Both the position numbers and the translations under genes were made by a program. From Utricularia gibba (Eukaryota; Plantae; Magnoliophyta), in assembly GCA_002189035.1 (NCBI GenBank), contig NEEC01000303.1:1-16027 (forward strand): 16,027 nt of DNA, written 5' to 3'. The notes under the pieces were generated by a model, which ran no database searches, had not been told where the DNA came from, and worked only from the letters and a program-made list of their open reading frames with translations. Of this stretch, positions 1-11,195 are shown piece by piece (within the stretch, counting starts at the first letter, position 1; each line of letters begins with the position of its first letter).

Positions 1-3000
1 TTTTTTTTAATCGATTTGCATCCAGTTGACCTCATGAGCCATACAGAATCGGGGTCAAGGACCAAGTTCCCAGCGAGACTGGCCGCCACAAACGAGAAGC
101 GGTTCCTTGAAAAACCATGTAGGCACCGAAAACCGAACGTTAATAAATACATCACTTTATTTGCCGGACTACAACTAACTCTCGGTGCAAGCCAAACCTT
201 ACCTTTGTCCCGTTCCAGTGCACCCAAAGACCGCCTCTCAAGTATAAAGTAAGTTGTTGAAAAAATCATGTGGGGTGCACGTGATATCGCAATTTAAACA
301 AATGCAACATTGTATTCATCGATTTGCATCCTTTTGTCCTCATGAGCCATAAAGAATCGCGGGCCCGGACCAAGTTCCTAGCGAGACTGGCCGCCACAAA
401 ACGAGAAGCTGTTCCTTGAAAAACCATGTAGGCAACACCGAAAACCGAACGTTAATAAATACATCACTTTCTTTGCCGGGCTACAAACTTTGGGCCAAGG
501 CCTAAGCTGATCTTTTTCCGGTTCCAAGTGCACCCAAAGACCGCCTTCTCAAGTATAAAGTAAGTTGTTGAAAAAATCATGTGGGTGCACGTGACATCAT
601 AATTTAAACAAATGGATTTTTTAATCGATTTGCATCCAGTTGACCTCATGAGCCATACAGAATCGGGGTCAAGGACCAAGTTCCCAGCGAGACTGGCCGC
701 CAAAACGAGAAGCGTTCCTTGAAAAACCATGTAGGCAGCCCCCGAAAACCGAACGATAAAATACATCACTTTATTTGCCGGACTACAACTAACTCTCGCA
801 AGCCAAACCTTACCTTTGTCCCGTTCCAGTGCACCAAAGACCGCCTTCTCAAGTATAAAGTAAGTTGTTGAAAAAATCATGTGGGGTGCACGTGATATCG
901 CAATTTAAACAAATGCAACATTGTATTCATCGATTTGCATCCTTTTGTCCTCATGAGCCATAAAGAATCGCGGGCCCGGACCAAGTTCCTAGCGAGACTG
1001 GCCGCCACAAAACGAGAAGCTGTTCCTTGAAAAACCATGTAGGCAACACCGAAAACCGAACGTTAATAAATACATCACTTTCTTTGCCGGGCTACAACTT
1101 ACTTTGGCCAAGGCCTAAGCTGATCTTTTTCCGGTTCCAAGTGCACCCAAAGACCGCCTTCTCAAGTATAAAGTAAGTTGTTGAAAAAATCATGTGGGTG
1201 CACGTGACATCATAATTTAAACAAATGGATCATTTTTTTTAATCGATTTGCATCCAGTTGACCTCATGAGCCATACAGAATCGGGGTCAAGGACCAAGTT
1301 CCCAGCGAGACTGGCCGCCACAAAACGAGAAGCGGTTCCTTGAAAAACCATGTAGGCAGCCCCCGAAAACCGAACGATAATAAATACATCACTTTATTTG
1401 CCGGACTACAACTTACTTTGGGCCAAGCCAAAGCTGACCTTTTTCCGTTCCAAGTGCCCCCCAAGACCGCCTCTCAAGTATAAAGTAAGTTGTTAAAAAA
1501 TCATGTGGGTGCACGTGATATCGTAATTTAAACAAATGCATCATTTTTTTAATCGATTTGCATCCTTTGACCTCATGAGCCATAAAGAATCGCGGGCCCG
1601 GACCAAGTTCCTAGCGAGACTGGCCGCCACAAAACGAGAAGCTGTTCCTTGAAAAACCATGTAGGCAACCCGAAAACCGAACGTTAATAAATACATCACT
1701 TTCTTTGCCGGGCTACAACTTACTTTGGGCCAAGGCCTAAGCTGATCTTTTCCGGTTCCAAGTGCACCCAAAGACCGCCTTCTCAAGTATAAAGTAAGTT
1801 GTTGAAAAAATCATGTGGGGTGCACGTGACATCATAATTTAAACAAATGGATCATTTTTTTTAATCGATTTGCATCCAGTTGACCTCATGAGCCATACAG
1901 AATCGGGTCGGACCAAGTTCCAGCGAGACTGGCCGCCACAAAACGAGAAGCGTTCCTTGAAAAACCATGTAGGCACCGAAAACCGAACGTAATAAATACA
2001 TCACTTATTTGCCGGCTACAACTAACTCTGGCAAGCTTTGTCCCGTTCCAGTGCACCCAAAGACCGCCTTCTCAAGTATAAAGTAAGTTGTTGAAAAAAT
2101 CATGTGGGGTGCACGTGATATCATTTAAACAAATGCATCATTTTTTTTAATCGATTTGCATCCAGTTGACCTCATGAGCCATAAAGAATCGGGGTCGGAC
2201 CAAGTTCCCAGCGAGACTGGCCGCCACAAAACGAGAAGCGTTCCTTGAAAAACCATGTAGGCAACCCGAAACCGAACGATAATAAATACATCACTTTATT
2301 TGCCGGACTACAACTAACTCTCGGCCAAGCCAAACCTTACCTTTGTCCCGTTCCAGTGCACCCAAAGACCGCCTGCTCAAGTATAAAGTAAGTTGTTGAA
2401 AAAATCATGTGGGGTGCACGTGATATCGCAATTTAAACAAATGCAACATTGTATTCATCGATTTGCATCCTTTTGTCCTCATGAGCCATAAAGAATCGCG
2501 GGCCCGGACCAAGTTCCTAGCGAGACTGGCCGCCACAAAACGAGAAGCTGTTCCTTGAAAAACCATGTAGGCAACACCGAAAACCGAACGTTAATAAATA
2601 CATCACTTTCTTTGCCGGGCTACAACTTACTTTGGGCCAAGGCCTAAGCTGATCTTTTTCCGGTTCCAAGTGCACCCAAAGACCGCCTTCTCAAGTGTTG
2701 TTGAAAAAATCATGGGGGTGCACGTGACATCATAATTTAAACAAATGATCATTTTTTTTAATCGATTTGCATCCAGTTGACCTCATGAGCCATACAGAAT
2801 CGGGGTCAAGGACCAAGTTCCCAGCGAGACTGGCCGCCACAAAACGAGAAGCGGTTCCTTGAAAAACCATGTAGGCAGCCCCCGAAAACCGAACGATAAT
2901 AAATACATCACTTTATTTGCCGGACTACAACTAACTCTCGTGCAAGCCAAACCTTACCTTTGTCCCGTTCCAGTGCACCCAAAGACCGCCTGCTCAAGTA

Positions 3001-4607
3001 TAAAGTAAGTTGTTGAAAAAAATCATGTGGGGTGCACGTGATATCGCAATTTAAACAAATGCAATTCATCGATTTGCATCCTTTTGTCCTCATGAGCCAT
3101 AAAGAATCGCGGGCCCGGACCAAGTTCCTAGCGAGACTGGCGCCACAAAACGAGAAGCTGTTCCTTGAAAAACCATGTAGGCAACACCGAAAACCGAACG
3201 TTAATAAATACATCACTTTCTTTGCCGGGCTACAACTTACTTTGGGCCAAGGCCTAAGCTGATCTTTTTCCGGTTCCAAGTGCACCCAAAGACCGCCTTC
3301 TCAAGTATAAAGTAAGTTGTTGAAAAAATCATGTGGGGTGCACGTGACATCATAATTTAAACAAATGGATCATTTTTTTTAATCGATTTGCATCCAGTTG
3401 ACCTCATGAGCCATACAGAATCGGGTCAAGGACCAAGTTCCCAGCGAGACTGGCCGCCACAAAACGAGAAGCGGTTCCTTGAAAAACCATGTAGGCAGCC
3501 CCCGAAAACCGAACGATAATAAATACATCACTTTATTTGCCGGACTACAACTTACTTTGGGCAAGCCTAAGCTACCTTTTTCCGTTCCAAGTGCCCCCCA
3601 AGACCGCCTCCTCAGTATAAAGTAAGTTGTTTAAAAAAATCATGTGGGGTGCACGTGATATCGCAATTTAAACAAATGCAACATTTTTTTTAATCGATTT
3701 GCATCCTTTTCCTCATGAGCCATAAAGAATCGCGGGCCCGGACCAAGTTCCTAGCGAGACTGGCCGCCACAAAACGAGAAGCTGTTCCTTGAAAAACCAT
3801 GTAGGCAACACCGAAAACCGAACGTTAATAAATACATCACTTTCTTTGCCGGGCTACAACTTACTTTGGGCCAAGGCCTAAGCTGATCTTTTTCCGGTTC
3901 CAAGTGCCCCAAAGACCGCCTTCTCAAGTATAAAGTAAGTTGTTGAAAAAATCATGTGGGGTGCACGTGACATCATAATTTAAACAAATGCATCATTTTT
4001 TTTAATCGATTTGCATCCAGTTGACCTCATGAGCCATACAGAATCGGGGTCAAGGACCAAGTTCCCAGCGAGACTGGCCGCCACAAAACGAGAAGCGTTC
4101 CTTGAAAAACCATGTAGGCAGCCCCGAAAACCGAACGATAATAAATACATCACTTTATTTGCCGGACTACAACTAACTTCTGCAAGCCAAACCTTACCTT
4201 TTCCGTTCCAGGTGCCCCCAGACCGCCTCTCAGTATAAAGTAAGTTGTTGAAAAAATCATGTGGGTGCACGTGATATCGCAATTTAAACAAATGCAACAT
4301 TGTATTCATCGATTTGCATCCTTTTGTCCTCATGAGCCATAAAGAATCGCGGGCCCGACCAAGTTCCTAGCGAGACTGACAAACGAGAAGCTGTTCCTTG
4401 AAAAACCATGTAGGCAACACCGAAAACCGAACGTTAATAAATACATCACTTTGCCGGCTACAACTTACTTTGGGCCAAGGCCTAAGCTGACTTTTTCCGG
4501 TTCCAAGTGCCCCCAAAGACCGCCTCCTCAAGTATAAAGTAAGTTGTTAAAAAAATCATGTGGGGTGCACGTGACATCGTAATTTAAACAAATGCATCAT
4601 TTTTTTA

Positions 4608-6073
4608 ATCGATTTGCATCCAGTTGACCTCATGAGCCATACAGAATCGGGGTCAAGGACCAAGTTCCCAGCGAGACTGGCCGCCACAAAACGAGAAGCG
4701 GTTCCTTGAAAAACCATGTAGGCAGCCCCCGAAAACCGAACGATAATAAATACATCACTTTATTTGCCGGACTACAACTAACTCTCGTGCAAGCCAAACC
4801 TTACCTTTGTCCCGTTCCAGGTGCACCCAAAGACCGCCTGCTCAAGTATAAAGTAAGTTGTTGAAAAAATCATGTGGGGTGCACGTGATATCGCAATTTA
4901 AACAAATGCAACATTGTATTCATCGATTTGCATCCTTTTGTCCTCATGAGCCATAAAGAATCGCGGGCCCGGACCAAGTTCCTAGCGAGACTGGCCGCCA
5001 CAAAACGAGAAGCTGTTCCTTGAAAAACCATGTAGGCAACACCGAAAACCGAACGTTAATAAATACATCACTTTCTTTGCCGGGCTACAACTTACTTTGG
5101 GCCAAGGCCTAAGCTGATCTTTTTCCGGTTCCAAGTGCACCCAAAGACCGCCTTCTCAAGTATAAAGTAAGTTGTTGAAAAAATCATGTGGGGTGCACGT
5201 GACATCATAATTTAAACAAATGGATCATTTTTTTAATCGATTTGCATCCAGTTGACCTCATGAGCCATACAGAATCGGGGTCAAGGACCAAGTTCCCAGC
5301 GAGACTGGCCGCCACAAAACGAGAAGCGGTTCCTTGAAAAACCATGTAGGCAGCCCCCGAAAACCGAACGATAATAAATACATCACTTTATTTGCCGGAC
5401 TACAACTAACTCTCGGTGCAAGCCAAACCTTACCTTTGTCCCGTTCCAGGTGCACCCAAAGACCGCCTGCTCAAGTATAAAGTAAGTTGTTGAAAAAATC
5501 ATGTGGGGTGCACGTGATATCGCAATTTAAACAAATGCAACATTGTATTCATCGATTTGCATCCTTTTGTCCTCATGAGCCATAAAGAATCGCGGGCCCG
5601 GACCAAGTTCCTAGCGAGACTGGCCGCCACAAAACGAGAAGCTGTTCCTTGAAAAACCATGTAGGCAACACCGAAAACCGAACGTTAATAAATACATCAC
5701 TTTCTTTGCCGGGCTACAACTTACTTTGGGCCAAGGCCTAAGCTGATCTTTTTCCGGTTCCAAGTGCACCCAAGACCGCCTTCTCAAGTATAAAGTAAGT
5801 TGTTGAAAAAATCATGTGGGGTGCACGTGACATCATAATTTAAACAAATGGATCATTTTTTTTAATCGATTTGCATCCAGTTGACCTCATGAGCCATACA
5901 GAATCGGGGTCAAGGACCAAGTTCCCAGCGAGACTGGCCGCCACAAAACGAGAAGCGGTTCCTTGAAAAACCATGTAGGCAGCCCCGAAAACCGAACGAT
6001 AATAAATACATCACTTTATTTGCCGGACTACAACTAACTCTCGGCAAGCCAAACCTTACCTTTGTCCCGTTCC
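4608..6073 (+). repeat. High-fidelity AB block (dimer period 628-629 bp)
   Basis: Anchors at 4608(A), 4922(B), 5236(A), 5551(B), 5865(A), with very few differences between successive dimers. Confidence 0.95.
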
Positions 6074-8795
6074 ATCATGTGGGGTGCACGTGACAAAGTA
6101 ATTTAAAGTAATGCAAAGTATTGTTTTGAAAAAATCATGTGGGGTGCCAGTTGTCCAACATTTAAACAAATGAGATTGTATTGACATGAATCGATTCAAG
6201 ACCAAGTTCCCAGCGAGACTGCCGCCACAAACGAGAAGCGGTTCCTTGAAAAACCATGTAGCAGCCCCGAAAACCGAACGATAATAAATACATCACTTTA
6301 TTTGCCGGACTACAACTAACTCTCGTAAAGCCAAACCTCGCCCCGGTCCCGTTCCTAGCGCACCCACTGGCCGCCACAAAACGAGAAGCTGTTCCTTGAA
6401 AAACCATGTAGGCAACACCGAAAATAAAGTAAGTTGAAAAAAATACATCACGTGATATCGCATGCCGGGCTACAACTTTGTTTCATCGATTTGCAGTCCT
6501 CATGCTTTAAAGAATCCGGGCAAGCGACACCCAAGTTCCGCCTTCTAGCGAGACTGGCCGCCACAAAACGAGAAGCTGTTCCTTGAAAAACCATGTAGGC
6601 AACACCGAAAAACCGTTGTTGAAAAAATACATGTGCACGTGACATCATAATTTAAACAAATGCATCATTTTTTTTAATCGATTTGCATCCAGTTGACCTC
6701 ATGAGCCATACAGAATCGGGGTCAAGGACCAAGTTCCCAGCGAGACTGGCCGCCACAAAACGAGAAGCGGTTCCTTGAAAAACCATGTAGGCAGCCCCCG
6801 AAAACCGAACGATAATAAATACATCACTTTATTTGCCGGACTACAACTAACTCTCGTGCAAGCCAAACCTTACCTTTGTCCCGTTCCACCTTTATTCCGG
6901 ATTCCAAGTGCCCCCCAAGACGCGGGCCTCCTCGAGTATAAAGTAATGTTGTTAAAAAATCTCATGTAAGGTTGGTGCACGTGACATCGTCATTTTTTTT
7001 ATTTAAACCTCAAGCCATGCATCATGGCCGCCACAAAACGAGAAGCGGTTCCTTGAAAAACCATGTAGGCAGCCCCCGAAAACCGAACGATAATAAATAC
7101 ATCACTTTATTTGCCGGACTACAACTAACTCTCGTGCAAGCCAAACCTTACCAGGTTGACCACGTGATATCGCATGAGTATTCCATACATGAATCGGGGT
7201 TCCTAAGGGCCGCCACAAAACGAGAAGCTGTTCCTTGAAAAACCATGTAGGCAACACCGAAAACCGAACGTTAATAAATACATCACTTTCTTTGCCGGGC
7301 TACAACTTACTTTGGGCCAAGGCCTAAGCTGATCTTTTTCCGGTTCCAAGTGCACCCAAAGACCGCCTTCTCAAGTATAAAGTAAGTTGTTGAAAAAATC
7401 ATGTGGGTGCACGTGACATCATAATTTAAACAAATGGATCATTTTTTTTAATCGATTTGCATCCAGTTGACCTCATGAGCCATACAGAATCGGGGTCAAG
7501 GACCAAGTTCCCAGCGAGACTGGCCGCCACAAAACGAGAAGCGGTTCCTTGAAAAACCATGTAGGCAGCCCCCGATACATCACTTTTTTGCCGGACTACA
7601 ACTAACTCTACCTTTTTCCGGTGCACCCAAAGACCGCCTGCTCAAACCTGACCTTTAAACAAATGCAACATTGTTTTCATCCGTTCCCATAAAGAATGCA
7701 CCCAGCGAGAGACCGAGAAGCCTCTGTAGGCAAGTTAATAAAGTACAACTTACTTTGGGCCAAGGCCTAAGCTGATCTTTTTCCGGTTTCCAAAAAATTC
7801 TCAAGTGTAAGGGAAAAAATCATGTGCACGTGACATCATAATTTAAACAAATGCATTTTTTTTATTTAAACCTCAAGCCATGCAAGGACCATTGTACAAA
7901 ACGAGAAGCGGTTCCTTGAAAAACCATGTAGGCAGCCCCCGATTTGCATCCTTTTTGTTACCTCCGGTTCCAAGTGCACCCCAAGCCAAGTAAAGAAGTC
8001 ATGCACGTGCCCAAATGCAACATCGATTTGCATCCTTTTGTCCTCATGAGCCATAAAGAATCGCGGGCCCGGACCAAGTTCCTAGCGAGACTGGCCGCCA
8101 CAAAACGAGAAGCTGTTCCTTGAAAAACCATGTAGGCAACACCGAAAACCGAACGTTAATAAATACATCACTTTCTTTGCCGGGCTACAACTTACTTTGG
8201 GCCAAGGCCTAAGCTGATCTTTTTCCGGTTCCAAGTTTCCATGTGGGTGCACGTGACCAAGTGATTTGCCCCCTCAAGCCATACCGCAAGGACTCCTGGC
8301 ACAAAACGAGAAGCGGTTCCTTGAAAAACCATGTAGGCAGCCCCCGAAAACCGAACGATAAAGTATGGTTTACCTTTGTTTCCAAAAAAAAGTCATGTGG
8401 GGTGCACGTGATATCGCAATTTAAACAAATGCAACATTGTATTCATCGATTTGCATCCTTTTGTCCTCATGAGCCATAAAGAATCGCGGGCCCGGACCAA
8501 GTTCCTAGCGAGACTGGCCGCCACAAAACGAGAAGCTGTTCCTTGAAAAACCATGTAGGCAACACCGAAAACCGAACGTTAATAAATACATCACTTTCTT
8601 TGCCGGGCTACAACTTACTTTGGGCCAAGGCCTAAGCTGATTTTTCCGGTTCCAAGTGCACCCCAAGACCGCCTGACCTCATGAGATTTGCCCATTGACC
8701 TCAGAGCCATACGGGGGTCAAGGACCAAGTTCCCAGCGAGACTGGCCGCCACAAAACGAGAAGCGGTTCCTTGAAAAACCATGTAAAAACGAACG
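6074..8795 (+). repeat. Scrambled, deletion-rich segment built from the same satellite
   Basis: The core GCCGCCACAAAACGAGAAGC..TTCCTTGAAAAACCATGT recurs at irregular, mostly shortened spacing (about 6221, 6369, 6556, 6748, 7026, 7208, 7522, 8093, 8516, 8744) among motif fragments. Confidence 0.9.
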
Positions 8796-10179
8796 ATACA
8801 TCACTTTATTTGCCGGACTACAACTAACTCTCGGTGCAAGCCAAACCTTACCTTTGTCCCGTTCCAGGTGCACCCAAAGACCGCCTGCTCAAGTATAAAG
8901 TAAGTTGTTGAAAAAATCATGTGGGGTGCACGTGATATCGCAATTTAAACAAATGCAACATTGTATTCATCGATTTGCATCCTTTTGTCCTCATGAGCCA
9001 TAAAGAATCGCGGGCCGGACCAAGTTCCTAGCGAGACTGGCCGCCACAAAACGAGAAGCTGTTCCTTGAAAAACCATGTAGGCAACACCGAAAACCGAAC
9101 GTTAATAAATACATCACTTTCTTTGCCGGGCTACAACTTACTTTGGGCCAAGGCCTAAGCTGATCTTTTTCCGGTTCCAAGTGCACCCAAGACCGCCTTC
9201 TCAAGTATAAAGTAAGTTGTTGAAAAAATCATGTGGGGTGCACGTGACATCATAATTTAAACAAATGGATCTTTTTTTTAATCGATTTGCATCCAGTTGA
9301 CCTCATGAGCCATACAGAATCGGGGTCAAGGACCAAGTTCCCAGCGAGACTGGCCGCCACAAAACGAGAAGCGGTTCCTTGAAAAACCATGTAGGCAGCC
9401 CCGAAACCGAACGATAATAAATACATCACTTTATTTGCCGGACTACAACTAACTCTTGCAAGCCAAACCTTACCTTTGTCCGTTCCAGGTGCACCCAAAG
9501 ACCGCCTGCTCAAGTATAAAGTAAGTTGTTGAAAAAATCATGTGGGTGCACGTGATATCGCAATTTAAACAAATGCAACATTGTATTCATCGATTTGCAT
9601 CCTTTTGTCCTCATGAGCCATAAAGAATCGCGGGCCCGGACCAAGTTCCTAGCGAGACTGGCCGCCACAAAACGAGAAGCTGTTCCTTGAAAAACCATGT
9701 AGGCAACACCGAAAACCGAACGTTAATAAATACATCACTTTCTTTGCCGGGCTACAACTTACTTTGGGCCAAGGCCTAAGCTGATCTTTTTCCGGTTCCA
9801 AGTGCCCCAAAGACCGCCTCTCAAGTATAAAGTAAGTTGTTAAAAAATCATGTGGGGTGCACGTGACATCATAATTTAAACAAATGGATCATTTTTTTAA
9901 TCGATTTGCATCCAGTTGACCTCATGAGCCATACAGAATCGGGGTCAAGGACCAAGTTCCCAGCGAGACTGGCCGCCACAAAACGAGAAGCGGTTCCTAA
10001 AAACCATGTAGGCAGCCCCCAAAACCGAACGATAATAAATACATCACTTTATTTGCCGGACTACAACTACTTTGGGCAAGCCTAACCTACCTTTTCCGTT
10101 CCAAGTGCACCCAAAGACCGCCTCTCAAGTATAAAGTAAGTTGTTAAAAAAATCATGTGGGGTGCACGTGATATCGCAA

Positions 10180-10400
10180 ATTTAAACAAGTTGATGGCCA
10201 ACAGAATTTTTGTCATCGATTTTGCACTACCTTTCGTTCCTCCCCATGATAAAGCCATATAAAGAATCATGCGTGAGCCCGGACCAAGTTCCTTCCAGCG
10301 AGACTGGCCGCCACAAAACGAGAAGCTGTGTGCACGTTGCAAAAACCATGATTTGCAGTGCCAACACCGAAAACAAAACGAACGTTGAATGAGGCAATAC
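10180..10400 (+). repeat. Insertion-rich degenerate B monomer (unit length 353 bp, 10215-10567)
   Basis: B motifs are present in the correct order but are interrupted by many 1-6 nt insertions, e.g. ATCGATTTTGCACTACCTTTCGTTCCTCCCCATGATAAAGCCATATAAAGAATCATGCGTGAGCCCGG. Confidence 0.85.
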
Positions 10401-11195
10401 ATCACTTTCTTTGCCGGGCTACAACTTACTTTGGGCCAAGGCCTAAGCTGACCTTTTTCCGGTTCCAAGTGCCCCCAAGACCGCCTCCTCAGTATAAAGT
10501 AGTTGTTAAAAAAATCATGTGGGGTGCACGTGACATCGTAATTTAAACAAATGCATCATTTTTTTTAATCGATTTGCATCCAGTTGACCTCATGAGCCAT
10601 ACAGAATCGGGGTCAAGGACCAAGTTCCCAGCGAGACTGGCCGCCACAAAACGAGAAGCGGTTCCTTGAAAAACCATGTAGGCAGCCCCCGAAAACCGAA
10701 CGATAATAAATACATCACTTTATTTGCCGGACTACAACTAACTCTCGTGCAAGCCAAACCTTACCTTTGTCCCGTTCCAGGTGCACCCAAAGACCGCCTC
10801 TCAAGTATAAAGTAAGTTGTTGAAAAAATCATGTGGGGTGCACGTGATATCGCAATTTAAACAAATGCAACATTGTATTCATCGATTTGCATCCTTTTGT
10901 CCTCATGAGCCATAAAGAATCGCGGGCCCGGACCAAGTTCCTAGCGAGACTGGCCGCCACAAAACGAGAAGCTGTTCCTTGAAAAACCATGTAGGCAACA
11001 CCGAAAACCGAACGTTAATAAATACATCACTTTCTTTGCCGGGCTACAACTTACTTTGGGCCAAGGCCTAAGCTGATCTTTTTCCGGTTCCAAGTGCACC
11101 CAAAGACCGCCTTCTCAAGTATAAAGTAAGTTGTTGAAAAAATCATGTGGGGTGCACGTGACATCGTAATTTAAACAAATGGATCATTTTTTTTA

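Noticed and set aside
1-6073. Single-base length variants in G, T, A and C runs treated as biological polymorphism
   Set aside because: They are deletion-biased and concentrated in homopolymers (GGGG/GGG, T7-T9, CCCCC/CCCC), which is typical long-read error.
6074-8795. Mobile-element insertion or inversion explaining the disrupted zone
   Set aside because: Nearly all fragments trace to the satellite in the same orientation. I saw no terminal repeats, target-site duplication or foreign sequence.
10688-10700. CENP-B box-like motif (CCCG...CGAA, reverse complement of TTCG...CGGG)
   Set aside because: The spacing is 5 nt (CCCG AAAAC CGAA). The canonical NTTCGNNNNANNCGGGN requires 7 nt and a conserved central base.
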